The notes beneath the pieces are model-generated. The model ran no database searches, was not told the origin of the DNA, and saw nothing but the letters and a program-made list of their open reading frames with translations. A program made the translations under genes and the position numbers. Of a stretch of DNA of 64,000 bases, positions 28,184-40,423 are shown piece after piece; position 1 is the stretch's first letter, and each line of letters opens with the position of its first letter. The stretch is from a bacterium. GTDB taxonomy: Bacteria; RBG-13-61-14; DATKZS01. The DNA lies in assembly GCA_963674965.2 (NCBI GenBank), contig CAXXFL010000002.1:480001-544000 (forward strand), written 5' to 3'.

Positions 28184-29221
28184 TCACCCCCCCCCTCGCG
28201 AGGACTCGGTCGAGAGTGGGGGATCGCAGTCCGGCCTGAACGACTCGGTTTCCATGTCCGATGCCGTCCAGGTAGCGGAGTTTCCGGGCTTCATGAATAT
28301 AACCAACTCGACCGGATCGAATACCAGCGACAGCCCCTCGTTTCCCGCCAAGGATATTTCCAGCGTCTCCGGCTTGTCATGCTTTTCGCAAAGCCCCGTC
28401 CTCGAGACTTCCCGGATGGCCAGGAGCGAGTCGGACTTGGACTTGCCCGGATAGCCGACGCAGCCCCTGGCGTTCATGGAGGCGACCGATCCCACTCGGC
28501 CGGGCAAGGTGATGGCCGCGACCTTGTGGGAGTCGCTCTGGTGATAAAAGATCAGCACCCAATTCGGCGCCTTGAACTTCGAGTCCTCCTCGCCGGACTC
28601 GATACTGGAGGCCCAGGCGGCGTCTTCGTTTTCCGGACCGCCATCAGTGGGCGGCTTTGACGCGCCGACTTCAAAGTCATCATAGATCGCGTTCAGCCAG
28701 GCCAACTCGTCGATCCCCACGCCCGAGCCCTCGGACATGCCCTTTAACTCCTCGCGGGCCCAGCCCGGCCAGATGGATTGATACTGAGCGACGGCCCGGG
28801 TCATCTCCATCATGTAGGCGGTTTTTCCCAGGCCCCTTCTCGTTCTTTCCCGGATCAGCCTTTGCCGGATTTCCTCTTTGAGCATGGCCCCGTGCTGGTG
28901 TCCCATCTCGAAGGGTGAGCCGTACAGATGAAGGATTGCAAGTTCATTAAAGGCCTCGAGGGTCCCTTCCCCAAAGTGCCCGTCCTTCATCACGATGCTC
29001 TTTCGAGTCACGGCCGGTTTTCGATCCAAGGGAGGGCACCGGTCGTAAATGGGCCGGACGGCCACATGGCCGGTCTCGGATGGAGAGGAAACTTCGCTTT
29101 CCGTCACCTGTCCGTTGGCGGGGGACGGGCAAAAAAAGAAAGCCGCGATCGCGGTCGCCAGTATGGCGGGCTTAAACAGATTAGAAAAACCGGCGCGGCC
29201 ACTCTTCAACGTTTTCTCCAA
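28184..29221 (-). CDS. Secreted protein with C45/Ntn-hydrolase-like segments
   Basis: Signal peptide; LHLYGSPFEMGHQHG, EELKGMSEGSG, LPGRVGSVASMNARG; start uncertain. Confidence 0.55.
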   Translation of the reverse strand: MEKTLKSGRAGFSNLFKPAILATAIAAFFFCPSPANGQVTESEVSSPSETGHVAVRPIYDRCPPLDRKPAVTRKSIVMKDGHFGEGTLEAFNELAILHLYGSPFEMGHQHGAMLKEEIRQRLIRERTRRGLGKTAYMMEMTRAVAQYQSIWPGWAREELKGMSEGSGVGIDELAWLNAIYDDFEVGASKPPTDGGPENEDAAWASSIESGEEDSKFKAPNWVLIFYHQSDSHKVAAITLPGRVGSVASMNARGCVGYPGKSKSDSLLAIREVSRTGLCEKHDKPETLEISLAGNEGLSLVFDPVELVIFMKPGNSATWTASDMETESFRPDCDPPLSTESSRGGG

Positions 29222-31308
29222 AAGTGATCATGGCTGGCTTTGGCTTGATCGAGGTCAGTCGCCGCTTTTTTCAGGATTTCCTCATTTTGTCCAAGTGCGG
29301 ACAAAAGCTCGAGTTCCTGTCTTGCTTTCTCGATCGAGCGTCCATCAAGGGAACCGTAAATGGCATAAACCTGGAAGAGCCCGTAGATGGCTCTGGCGTT
29401 TCTTATGTTTTGCCGCTTCATCATTTCGTACAACTGCCTCGCGTGCTCGAGGTATCCCGCGTTGTAATACTCGTCGGCCTTTTGAAGCATGGCCATGACG
29501 TTGGTGGGGTCCGATCCCAAGTCGGCCCTGATCGGTTTTCCTCCGACCTGGTAGAGGCTGAATAGCTTGTGGTACTTGGGATAGTAGCGGCGGTAAACCA
29601 GTGGAGCCCCGGGTAGAGGGTCGGGATCGGTCACCAGTTCCTTCAAGTCGGGCCGGTACCTTTGCACGGAAGTGCTGCCGATGAACACGTAGTCGCACTC
29701 TCCCCTTTGAACCTGCTCTCTTACTCCATCCACTGTGGGGGCTATATCCACATGGAGTCCGTCCAGGTAATAGGCGGCGTAGGGCTTTCGAGCGGCCACG
29801 CGTTTGCCAGCCGGTATGTCCAGTATCTTTCGGGCGTCCTCCATCGACTCGCGGTGGCCCGAGACGGTCTTGCCCGCGAAGTTCCTCATCGAGTAAAAAT
29901 AACGGGTAAAGGCCGCGTCCTTTGCGCCCTCGACGATGAAATATCCCGTCGCCGCCAAAACGGCCACAAGCGCCGCGCCCAGCGCGTAAGGTCCAATTTT
30001 TCCGGCCCGCCGGCCGGCCCAGGCGGGGGCCATGGCCGCTCCCCTTCCCGCCCAGAGCGTGGCCAGGGCCATGGCCTGGAGGTAATACCTGGCGTCGACC
30101 ACGTAGGGGGTGACGAGGGCGTAGGCGACCATCACGGACAGAACGAAGACGATAAGAGAAATCTCCTGAGGCATGCGGGGTTTTTCCCGGATGGGAATAA
30201 ATAACAACCCTAAAAGCGCGAGCGGATAAAACGTGAAGGGAACGAACTTGGACGCTTCCCGGTTGTAGTCGATTACTAAAGATATCGTCTTGGAAACGGT
30301 CTTGAACAAGCTGAAGCTCTCGCGCTCCCACTTGTCCTTGTCCGCTTGAGACGCGGCCTCCACGTCCCTTGGACCCGTGCCTTTTGCGTATCCCATGAGG
30401 TCCGCCTGGAAATACTCGACCATCCTGAGCGTGGGCCGAAGCTTTCCCGTGTGGACCTTGACGAAGACCCAGAAAGGGGCCGAGACCAGGACGAAGGCCA
30501 GTGCCGCCGCGCCCCCCGCGAGGCCGATCTTTTTCCATGACTCCTTTTCGGCGCCGTTATTGACGGCCCAATAAGCGGCGGCGGCCAGGGCGAGGAAGAT
30601 ATATCCGAATCCGACGTCCCGGGTCAAATAGGACAGGGCGCAAAGGGCGCCCACCGCCGCGCCCCTTGGCCAGGATGGCTTTTCCAGGAAATGAAAGAGC
30701 GAGAGCACGGTCAGGACGGTAAGGAAAGTATAAGCGTCCTCCGTAAGTATCTGTCCGGTGTAGCGCGTCGAGAGGGGAAGTATTCCGAAGAACAGGCAGG
30801 CGAACAGGGCGCACCATTTATTGCCCATTTTCAAGCCAAGGAGAAAAAGCGGGACCGCCGTCAGGCCGCCGAGCAATATGGAGACCCAGGTCCCGAAGTT
30901 CTCGGGGTCCGCCCCCATCTTGATACCGGCCGCGATCAGGGCCGGATATAAAGGGACCACGCGGCGGGAATTGATAAGGCCCTTGTCAAGGTCGAAGCCG
31001 CTCCTGAAATAGTCGCCCGAGGCGACGTCCTTGGCCAGCGCGAGGTATTGAAAGTTGTCCGGACCCTTGGCGTAAAAATGGGCGGAGTAATACCGAAGTC
31101 CCAGACAAAACAGAAGGCAAAGCAAGATAAGCGCCGCGGGATGGGCAAGGCGGTCGATTTTCGCCGCCAGTTTGGCAAGGGCCGGGTCCTGGCCGTCCGC
31201 CTTCGCGCCGGCGGCGGGAGCGTCCCGCTTCTTGCCCGCCTCCTTTACCTTGGACTTGGTCGGCGTTTTTTCGGGGCCTCCCTTTTTGCTCGCGGTTTTT
31301 CGCGTCAT
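29206..31308 (-). CDS. ArnT/PMT-like (GT39/GT83) membrane glycosyltransferase with C-terminal TPR
   Basis: PDNFQY, PLYPALIA, LTEDAY, YLTRDVG, DARYYL; multiple TM helices. Confidence 0.8.
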   Translation of the reverse strand: MTRKTASKKGGPEKTPTKSKVKEAGKKRDAPAAGAKADGQDPALAKLAAKIDRLAHPAALILLCLLFCLGLRYYSAHFYAKGPDNFQYLALAKDVASGDYFRSGFDLDKGLINSRRVVPLYPALIAAGIKMGADPENFGTWVSILLGGLTAVPLFLLGLKMGNKWCALFACLFFGILPLSTRYTGQILTEDAYTFLTVLTVLSLFHFLEKPSWPRGAAVGALCALSYLTRDVGFGYIFLALAAAAYWAVNNGAEKESWKKIGLAGGAAALAFVLVSAPFWVFVKVHTGKLRPTLRMVEYFQADLMGYAKGTGPRDVEAASQADKDKWERESFSLFKTVSKTISLVIDYNREASKFVPFTFYPLALLGLLFIPIREKPRMPQEISLIVFVLSVMVAYALVTPYVVDARYYLQAMALATLWAGRGAAMAPAWAGRRAGKIGPYALGAALVAVLAATGYFIVEGAKDAAFTRYFYSMRNFAGKTVSGHRESMEDARKILDIPAGKRVAARKPYAAYYLDGLHVDIAPTVDGVREQVQRGECDYVFIGSTSVQRYRPDLKELVTDPDPLPGAPLVYRRYYPKYHKLFSLYQVGGKPIRADLGSDPTNVMAMLQKADEYYNAGYLEHARQLYEMMKRQNIRNARAIYGLFQVYAIYGSLDGRSIEKARQELELLSALGQNEEILKKAATDLDQAKASHDHFWRKR

Positions 31309-31482
31309 AAGAAGACATATTATGGGGGCGGGAGGCCCAAGTCAAAGAATGGCGCCCCTGGCTCGCTGGATGGATTCCCGCGAAAAGAGGGGGAGGGGAC
31401 CTCGTCGAGGAATAGTCCCGGTTTGTCGCTAGGGTCCCAAGGGGATAAAATTTCCCCTAAGGAAACGAGGGAGGAGGAAAAA

Positions 31483-32232
31483 ATGGCAACGAGGAAAAAG
31501 GCGAAAAAAGGCGCGGGAAAAAAGGACGAGGTACTGATCGCCCCGTCCATTCTTTCCGCTGATTTCGGCCGCCTGGCCGAGGAGGTCAAGGCCGTGACCA
31601 AGGCCGGCGCCGACTGGATTCACGTCGACGTCATGGACGGGAGGTTCGTGCCCAACATCACCATCGGTCCCATGTTCGTCGAGGTGGTCCGCCGGGCCAC
31701 GGACCTTCCCATCGACGTGCATCTCATGATAGTCGAGCCCGAGAAGTACATCGACGACTTCGTGAGGGCCGGCGCGGACGTGATTACGGTCCACGTCGAG
31801 ACCTGTCCTCACCTCCACCGCGCCGTGCAGCAGATCAGGGAGGCCGGAGAGAAGCTTAAACCGCGGCGCAAGGTCAAGGCGGCCGTCACTCTCAATCCGC
31901 ACACCTCGCTTTCTGCCCTGGATTACATCCTGCCCGACGTGGACATGGTCCTGTTAATGAGCGTCAACCCCGGCTTCGGGGGGCAGAAGTTCATTCCCCA
32001 AATACTGGAGAAAACCTTCGACCTCAAATGGATTATTGACGACTTCGACTTGGACGTCGATATCCAGATCGACGGCGGAGTAAAAATCGACAACATCCGG
32101 GACTTGGCGGGGGCCGGGGCCAGGATTTTCGTGGCCGGCAGCGCCGTGTTCGGCCAGCCCGACTACGCGGCGGTAATCAGACAAATGAAGGAAAACGCGC
32201 GCGCGGGTATCGAGGAGTACCGGATCGATTAG
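31483..32232 (+). CDS. rpe: Ribulose-phosphate 3-epimerase
   Basis: IAPSILSADF, HVDVMDGRFVPN, DVHLM, MSVNPGFGGQKF, IDGG; RBS ggagga. Confidence 0.97.
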   Translation: MATRKKAKKGAGKKDEVLIAPSILSADFGRLAEEVKAVTKAGADWIHVDVMDGRFVPNITIGPMFVEVVRRATDLPIDVHLMIVEPEKYIDDFVRAGADVITVHVETCPHLHRAVQQIREAGEKLKPRRKVKAAVTLNPHTSLSALDYILPDVDMVLLMSVNPGFGGQKFIPQILEKTFDLKWIIDDFDLDVDIQIDGGVKIDNIRDLAGAGARIFVAGSAVFGQPDYAAVIRQMKENARAGIEEYRID

Positions 32233-32250
32233 TAAAGCGGAGGAAGAAAA

Positions 32251-33276
32251 ATGAAGCTGGCCGATTGCCTGGCCCTTTCCGATCTCGAGTACTTCGAGTT
32301 GAATGAAAAAGGAAAGCTCGTTCTCGCCGGCGGCGTGGCGGACAAGATCATCGACTTCCATACCCACGTGGGCATGAACTACCTTTTCGCTCCGCCCGTC
32401 GACCTTGACCGTTTCGACGACGAGATCGAGACGTTTTTTCCCTTGCGCGGCAACCCGGTTGACCTTGAGGTCTACTCGGCCCAGAGCTTCACCAAGGAGA
32501 ACGCGAGGATCGCGGAAAAGGAGACGGTCAAGCAGGGGCTTTTGAACGGCGGCTTCGCCAGGACCCACACGGCGCGAAACCTTATCGACGAGATGGACAG
32601 GATGAACGTGGTCAACTCGGTGATACTGGCCATCGATTTCCCGCTCGGGCCCTTCTCCCGCTCGAGCGAGCTTCACCTCGAGGCGGCGCGGAAATACCCC
32701 CGCCTCATACCCTTTATCTCGGTCCATCCCTATGCTCCGGGCATGGAAAAACGCGCGCGGCTTCTGAAGGAGATGGGAGGCGTGGGCATGAAGCTGCACC
32801 CGGCCATGGGCCTGTTTCGAGCCAATAACAAGCGGGCCGTAAAGGTCGCCGAACTGTGCGGGAAGCTGAACCTTCCCGTCCTGTGCCATACCGGCGGGTC
32901 GGACATCGCGCCCCAATGGCAGCAAGACCTTCCCCACGTGAAGTACTTCTGGGGGCCCGTCGAGGCCATGCCCGAGACGACCTTTATCTTCGGCCACGCG
33001 GGCATCCATTATTACCGGGAGGCCATCGAGCTGGCGCGGGAATTCGACAACGTCCATCTCGAGCTCTCGGGCCAGCCGCCCTCCCGGATACGGGAGATGC
33101 TCGAGGCGGGGATCGAGGACAAGCTCCTTTTCGGCTCGGACTTTCCCTATTACGTTTTGGCCCTGCCCCTGGCCAAGGTCCTCCTGGCCACAAAGGGGGC
33201 GCCCGAGGCGAGAAGGAAATTACTTTACGGGAACGCCGCCCGACTCCTGGATAAATTCGGCATCCACCATGATTAA
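32251..33276 (+). CDS. Amidohydrolase_2 family protein
   Basis: IIDFHTH, GMKLHP, LCHTG, FGHAG, LFGSDFP, GNAARL. Confidence 0.9.
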   Translation: MKLADCLALSDLEYFELNEKGKLVLAGGVADKIIDFHTHVGMNYLFAPPVDLDRFDDEIETFFPLRGNPVDLEVYSAQSFTKENARIAEKETVKQGLLNGGFARTHTARNLIDEMDRMNVVNSVILAIDFPLGPFSRSSELHLEAARKYPRLIPFISVHPYAPGMEKRARLLKEMGGVGMKLHPAMGLFRANNKRAVKVAELCGKLNLPVLCHTGGSDIAPQWQQDLPHVKYFWGPVEAMPETTFIFGHAGIHYYREAIELAREFDNVHLELSGQPPSRIREMLEAGIEDKLLFGSDFPYYVLALPLAKVLLATKGAPEARRKLLYGNAARLLDKFGIHHD

Positions 33277-33651
33277 TTGCCAGGGTGGTCCTTGCGGGAT
33301 TGTTTTAAATGGATGAATTACCCAGGGTTCAGGCCGCAAGCGGACCGCGCCCTGGGTTAAATCCTTGCCCTCGAGGCTTCGAACTTCCCGGTGGAAAGGC
33401 CCGCGGGGTTTTTTCAAAATCGACGCTCCCGTCTCTTTCTCTTGAATTTGCGACTGAAAAGGTGTTTTACTTATGTCGGGAATCGTACATCCGTCATAAT
33501 ATTTGCCATGGTCTTTGCGTTTTCGCCTTTGATTTGGGGTTGACAAGCCGTGATTTGGGGGGCAAGATATAGCGTTAAATATCGATCGTTATCTCGCCGG
33601 GAGGGGCCGGCGATAATCGTGGCGTGAAATCGGGAAGAGAAGGAGTAAAAC

Positions 33652-35316
<1,665 letters not shown>

Positions 35317-35397
35317 TAGGTAATGTAATCCCGGCGGTTTTTTCATATAATGGCGCTCGAGAGGATCAGCGCTCACGGTGAGTGAAAGGAGCTTTTC

Positions 35398-35796
35398 ATG
35401 GACGCGAAAGTAAGAGTTGTGGTGGCCAAGCCCGGTCTCGACGGCCACGACAGGGGGGCCAAGGTCATCGCCCGGGCGCTCCGCGACGCGGGTATGGAGG
35501 TAATATACACCGGCCTTCGGCAGACGCCCGAGCAGATAGTGTCGGCCGTGGTCCAGGAGGACGCCGACGTTTTGGGCCTGTCCATATTGTCCGGGGCCCA
35601 CGACTTCCTCTTTCCCAAGATCGTCGAGCTTTTGAAGAAGGAGGGACGCGAGGACGTTCTCATCCTGGCCGGCGGGATCATCCCGCGCGAGGACGTGGAC
35701 GGGCTCAAGAAGATCGGCATCTCCGAGATTTTCGGTCCCGGGGCCACCACCGACGACATCGTCGAGTATATAAAAAGCAAGGTAACCAAGAATTGA
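35398..35796 (+). CDS. Methylmalonyl-CoA mutase, cobalamin-binding subunit
   Basis: [30 protein letters not shown]. Confidence 0.96.
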   Translation: MDAKVRVVVAKPGLDGHDRGAKVIARALRDAGMEVIYTGLRQTPEQIVSAVVQEDADVLGLSILSGAHDFLFPKIVELLKKEGREDVLILAGGIIPREDVDGLKKIGISEIFGPGATTDDIVEYIKSKVTKN

Positions 35797-35809
35797 CGGA
35801 GGCAATAAA

Positions 35810-36214
35810 ATGAAAATCCTTAAGATCGATCATCTGGGCGTGGCCGTTCCCAACCTGGAGGAGGCCCTTAAATTCTACGAGGGAGTTCTGGGCATCAAGT
35901 CCACCGATTCCGAGATAGTCGAGGAGCAGAAGGTCAAGGTGGCCTTTTTGCCCACGGGCGACTCGGAGATCGAGCTGCTCGAGAGCACGGACCATGACGG
36001 GCCCATCGCCCGGTACATCGACAAGAAAGGCGCGGGCATCCAGCACGTGGCCCTCAGGGTGGACGATATCGAGGCCGCCCTCGAGGAATGCCGGAAGGCC
36101 GGGATCAAGCTGATCGACGAGCAACCCCGTTACGGGGCCGGCGGGGCCAGGATAGCGTTCCTGCATCCCAAGTCCACGGGCGGAGTGCTGCTCGAGCTTT
36201 GCGAAAGGAAGTAA
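35810..36214 (+). CDS. mce: Methylmalonyl-CoA epimerase
   Basis: [33 protein letters not shown]. Confidence 0.95.
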   Translation: MKILKIDHLGVAVPNLEEALKFYEGVLGIKSTDSEIVEEQKVKVAFLPTGDSEIELLESTDHDGPIARYIDKKGAGIQHVALRVDDIEAALEECRKAGIKLIDEQPRYGAGGARIAFLHPKSTGGVLLELCERK

Positions 36215-36278
36215 TCGATCGCGTGGTCCCTTTCCCGTGAGCTTCGCGGGATGAAACGAAACCACCAAGGAGGACAAT

Positions 36279-37136
36279 ATGGAGGTCGGCAAAAAGGCCA
36301 TATTAACCGCGGCCGCCGCGTTGATCGCCACCACCGTTCTTTTCGCGGACGGATTTAAGGGTACCGAGAACCTCGCCTTTGACGGAAAGGGGAACCTCTA
36401 CGTCACCGACACCAACAACCTCTGGCGAGTGGACCCGGCCGGCGAGCTCGAGAAAATCTACGACCGGGACGAGGAAAAGGACGCCATCAGCCTGGGCGGC
36501 GTCAGCCTGGGGCCGGAGGGAAGAATCTATTTCTCGACCGGCAACAAAATAATGATTTACGATCCCGCCGACGGCTCGGTCGAGAAGTTCGTGGACGGGT
36601 TCGGGTTCGCCAACGGCAACTGCTTCGACGACTCGGGCAACTTTTATTTCGCCGAGTCGAATAAGAAGGTCATGTACGTCGTTCCCGCCGGGACCAGGGA
36701 GGTAAAGGCCCTCAAGGAGAAGGCCGGCTGGGTCAACGGCGTGGTGTACAGTCGAAACGACAATACGCTTTATTTCACCATAAGCTCTCCCGGCAGGGTG
36801 GGCGGCTACCGATTGGGACCTGGCCCGGTGGTGGAGGAGGAGATCACCGTCGCCAAGTTCCCTTTCGGTGGCCTCGACGACCTTACCATGGACGACTTCG
36901 GCAACTTCTACGTCTGCCTCTGGATGAACAAGAAGATCGTGCGGGTCACGCCCTCCGGTGAAAAGGAACTTTACGTTGACGACGTAGACGGCCCGTCGGC
37001 CGTGGCCTTCGGCCTGGGCGAGGACTCGCGCAAGCTCTTTATCTGCGTCAAGGGAGCCACCATGAAGTTTAAAGGCACCCAGGTGGTATACGCGGAAACG
37101 GACGCCAACGGCTACAAGCTTCCCTTTTTGCCGTAA
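36279..37136 (+). CDS. Secreted SMP-30/gluconolactonase-like beta-propeller protein
   Basis: Signal peptide; ENLAFDGKGNLYVTD, ANGNCFD, VNGVV, LDDLTMD. Confidence 0.85.
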   Translation: MEVGKKAILTAAAALIATTVLFADGFKGTENLAFDGKGNLYVTDTNNLWRVDPAGELEKIYDRDEEKDAISLGGVSLGPEGRIYFSTGNKIMIYDPADGSVEKFVDGFGFANGNCFDDSGNFYFAESNKKVMYVVPAGTREVKALKEKAGWVNGVVYSRNDNTLYFTISSPGRVGGYRLGPGPVVEEEITVAKFPFGGLDDLTMDDFGNFYVCLWMNKKIVRVTPSGEKELYVDDVDGPSAVAFGLGEDSRKLFICVKGATMKFKGTQVVYAETDANGYKLPFLP

Positions 37137-37178
37137 ACGGCGGGCCGAGGCTGAAAAACAAACGAAGGAGTGGTAATT

Positions 37179-38351
37179 TTGAATATCCATGAATTTCAGG
37201 CCAAGCAGGTATTGGACCATTTTGGAGTTCCGGTCCCCCGCGGGTCCATGACCGAGTCCGTCGAGGGCGCGAAAATTCTGGCCAAAAAGATGTTCGACGA
37301 CGGGGCCAAGGCCGTGGTGGTGAAGGCCCAGATACACGCGGGCGGCCGGGGCAAGGCCGGCGGGGTCAAGGTCTGCAAGGACCTGAAACGGGCGGGAGAG
37401 GCGGCCGGGGATATCCTGGGCAAGACCCTTGTCACGCCCCAGACCGGGCCCGGCGGCAAGCTGGTCAAGAAGCTCCTGGTGGAGGAGGGCACGGCCATAG
37501 CCCGCGAGATGTACGTCTCGGTCATCCTGGACCGGGTGGTCTCGAAGCCGGCCATCATAGTCAGCCAGGCCGGGGGCATGGAGATCGAGGAGGTCGCCAG
37601 GAAGACGCCCGAGAAGATCGTCACCGTCCGCGTCGACCCGGTGGCCGGCCTGCGCGATTACCAGCTTCGCGAGCTTAACTCGGCGCTGGGACTTAGCGGC
37701 GGCCTGGCCAAACAGGGCGGCGAGTTCTTCCTGAACCTCTTCCAGACCTTCATGGAAATGGACTGCTCCCAGGTCGAGATCAACCCCCTGGTGGTTACGG
37801 AGGATGAAAACCTCATCGCCCTTGACGCCAAGCTCAATTTCGACGACACGGCCCTTTTCCGTCATCAGGACATAGCGGACCTCCGCGACCTGGACGAGGA
37901 GGACCCCCTCGAGGTCGAGGCCGGAAAATTCAACCTCAACTATATCAAGCTCGACGGCAACGTGGGCTGCATGGTCAACGGGGCAGGCCTGGCCATGGCC
38001 ACCATGGACATGATCCAGACCGTGGGCCTTATGCCCGCCAACTTCCTGGACGTGGGGGGAGGGGCCAGCCAGGAGATGATCGAGAACGCCTTCCGCATAC
38101 TCCTTAGCGACGAGAACGTAAAGGGCGTGTTGATCAACATCTTCGGTGGCATCCTCCGTTGCGACGTCCTGGCCAACGGCATCGTGGCCGCGGCCAAGAA
38201 CCTCGATCTTAAAGTGCCCATGGTCATCAGGCTGGAGGGGACCAACGTCGAGCAGGGAAGACAAATCCTGGCCGAGAGCGGCCTGGATTTCACGGTGGCG
38301 AAAAACTTCAAGGACGCGGCGGAAAAGCTAAAAAAGGTTATGAAGAACTGA
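37179..38351 (+). CDS. sucC: Succinyl-CoA ligase (ADP-forming) beta subunit
   Basis: NIHEFQAK, KAQIHAGGRGKAGGV, EINPL, NGAGLAMATMD, NIFGGILRCD, RLEGTN; TTG start after aaggag. Confidence 0.96.
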   Translation: MNIHEFQAKQVLDHFGVPVPRGSMTESVEGAKILAKKMFDDGAKAVVVKAQIHAGGRGKAGGVKVCKDLKRAGEAAGDILGKTLVTPQTGPGGKLVKKLLVEEGTAIAREMYVSVILDRVVSKPAIIVSQAGGMEIEEVARKTPEKIVTVRVDPVAGLRDYQLRELNSALGLSGGLAKQGGEFFLNLFQTFMEMDCSQVEINPLVVTEDENLIALDAKLNFDDTALFRHQDIADLRDLDEEDPLEVEAGKFNLNYIKLDGNVGCMVNGAGLAMATMDMIQTVGLMPANFLDVGGGASQEMIENAFRILLSDENVKGVLINIFGGILRCDVLANGIVAAAKNLDLKVPMVIRLEGTNVEQGRQILAESGLDFTVAKNFKDAAEKLKKVMKN

Positions 38352-38355
38352 ATGC

Positions 38356-40176
38356 TTACTCGTCCTCGTCGTCGCCCGGGAGAAGTCCTTTCGGCGCCGA
38401 GGTTATTTCCTCCGGCCGGATATTGTAAAGATATATCCTGTAGTTGACAACGGCGTCGGGGGTCCGGCCTCGGAAAAAAGAGTAACATGCCGGGTCCTGG
38501 CCGCGCTTGGGACGCATGAGGTCACCAAGATGAAGAGCGTGCCAGCCCGGTCCCATGGGCTCGCAATCGAACTTGATATAGGGAATTCCGAAGGCGGCCG
38601 GGTCCTGGTTGGCGTGAGGACGGTAATAAATGGAATTTATCTCGTGTTCCTTGCAGTATTTCCCTAAGTCCTTGATGTCCTGACCCCAATCCTCGCCGAC
38701 TATGGAGTAGCGAAGGCCGCCTTCCTCGCCGCCTACGGCCGAGTTGAAGTGAGCCACGTAATAAGGATAGGAATATAAAGCGTTTCCAACGTGAAGGGCA
38801 ATAAGCGCCCAGGCCGCGACGGCAAGATAGCCGCCCCACTTCTTCAAGCTGACCAGTCGAGATATGTAAACGATCAAAAACGGATAAATCGGCAAAACGT
38901 GCCTGATCCCAAGGTTTAAGTTGCTGAGAAACATGAAGAAAAAAAGGACGCCTATAACCATTACCGCCCCCGTGACATAAGCCGCCCGGACCTCGGCCCC
39001 CGGCCTTTGCCAGGCGATTATGGAAAGAGCCAGAAGGGCCAGAAAAGCCAGCGGCTCCTTCATTAAAAATAAGAGGGGATAGTAGTACCAGGACCCTTTT
39101 TCGGAAATCTTGCCCAAGAAATAAAGAGGGTGGCTGTGACGGTGAGTGCGCATTATGGTCTTGGCAAGGCCGTAATAATATGTGCGAGGCGGCAGGGGAA
39201 CGTTTTCCAGCGTCTTGGCCGACAGGGTCTTGACGAAAAGTCCCGGTGAATCGAAAAAGGGCTTGAAATGCCTGTCCTCGAACTTGTGGATGGTCTTGGT
39301 CTCGAACCCGTATCCCGCCCAGATCACCAAGGCCCCCACCATCAGAATGGACGCCCAGCCGCCGAAACCGGTCAGGAAATCTTTTTCGCGGGGATCGAGG
39401 GCGAACATGCCCTTGATCCTGGCAAGAGCCGACCCTTGCTTGCATAAAAGGAAAATCACCGGGATAAGCGGCATGAGCAGGATGGCGGTAAACTTGGAAA
39501 GCTGCGCCAGGCCGTAGACCGCCCCGCAGACCGCGAGGCTTTTCCAGCTTGGGGTCTTGAGGTGCCAGGCGAGGCACATGGCGAAGAGCATGAAAAAAAG
39601 CGCGCACCCCAGGTCGGTGGTGCTTACCCGCGAGTGGGCGATGATGGTAGGAGACCCGCAGTATAAAAGAAGGGCCGCGAAACCGGCGGCCTCGCCGAAA
39701 AGCTTTTGGGCCGAGAAGTAAACTAAAAAGCCCAGGACCAGGCTCATAAGCATGATCGGAATTCTGCACCAGAATATTATGGCCCGCGGGTCGGGATTTA
39801 GAATCCAGAGGAAAAGCTTGGAGAACTTGGATTTGCGATACCCGGCGGGCATGTCCGGAGAGCGCCAGGACACGTCGTTAAAAGGGAGTCTCAGCTCGTC
39901 GAAAAAAAGAAGGGGCAGGGCCGAGGCCAGGTTGATCAGGGGAGGATGGGCCACGCTCATCCTGAAATCTCCCGAGAAGAGGGCCGAGGCCCCGCGCGAT
40001 ATATGAAAGGGCTCGTCCGATACCATGGATATGCGGTTGGCCGATCCAAGTAATAGTATGAAATAAAGGGCGAGAATGGTGAAGACGAGTCCCAGCCTTA
40101 TCAGGGAAGAGCGTTTCGAGCCGCCGCTTTTTTCTTCTGGAAGGGACCCTTGCAACATGGCTCGGTAGTAGACCAT
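38356..40176 (-). CDS. ArnT/PMT-like membrane glycosyltransferase
   Basis: SDEPFH, HPPL, HSRVSTTDLG, SKFTA, NLGIRHVLP, EDWGQD. Confidence 0.85.
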   Translation of the reverse strand: MVYYRAMLQGSLPEEKSGGSKRSSLIRLGLVFTILALYFILLLGSANRISMVSDEPFHISRGASALFSGDFRMSVAHPPLINLASALPLLFFDELRLPFNDVSWRSPDMPAGYRKSKFSKLFLWILNPDPRAIIFWCRIPIMLMSLVLGFLVYFSAQKLFGEAAGFAALLLYCGSPTIIAHSRVSTTDLGCALFFMLFAMCLAWHLKTPSWKSLAVCGAVYGLAQLSKFTAILLMPLIPVIFLLCKQGSALARIKGMFALDPREKDFLTGFGGWASILMVGALVIWAGYGFETKTIHKFEDRHFKPFFDSPGLFVKTLSAKTLENVPLPPRTYYYGLAKTIMRTHRHSHPLYFLGKISEKGSWYYYPLLFLMKEPLAFLALLALSIIAWQRPGAEVRAAYVTGAVMVIGVLFFFMFLSNLNLGIRHVLPIYPFLIVYISRLVSLKKWGGYLAVAAWALIALHVGNALYSYPYYVAHFNSAVGGEEGGLRYSIVGEDWGQDIKDLGKYCKEHEINSIYYRPHANQDPAAFGIPYIKFDCEPMGPGWHALHLGDLMRPKRGQDPACYSFFRGRTPDAVVNYRIYLYNIRPEEITSAPKGLLPGDDEDE

Positions 40177-40314
40177 AAGGAACGGAGCGGTGCAAACCGT
40201 CCGCGTTCCTTCGCGATGGCTGTTTCCCGGCCCTTGTCCCTCCGTCCGGCGAAGGGCGCCGCACCTTAATCGCCGTTTTTAAAAAAGAAAAAACTCCAAT
40301 CAAGAGGCGCTCGG

Positions 40315-40343
40315 TTGACATGCGGCGTCAGCGGAACTAATCT
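40315..40343 (+). promoter_or_regulatory. Possible sigma70 promoter
   Basis: TTGACA, 17 bp, TAATCT upstream of 40424. Confidence 0.5.
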
Positions 40344-40423
40344 AAGGGCTTGTATTGAAACGGCTCGCTTAAAAAACGTTTGATATTGGCAACGGGTCTG
40401 GCCTGAAAAGGAGAGTTTCATTC

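Noticed and set aside
31048-31482. Long N-terminal extension of rpe
   Set aside because: It overlaps the divergent glycosyltransferase gene; a strong RBS precedes ATG 31483.
33277-33651. Cobalamin riboswitch, 6S or SRP RNA upstream of the mutase
   Set aside because: No B12-box/GGGAA core, no SRP GGAA-GCAG loop, and no clear 6S central bubble.
36303-38264. 653-aa ORF on the minus strand
   Set aside because: Antisense shadow of the lactonase-like gene and sucC, expected from high-GC codon bias; no motifs.
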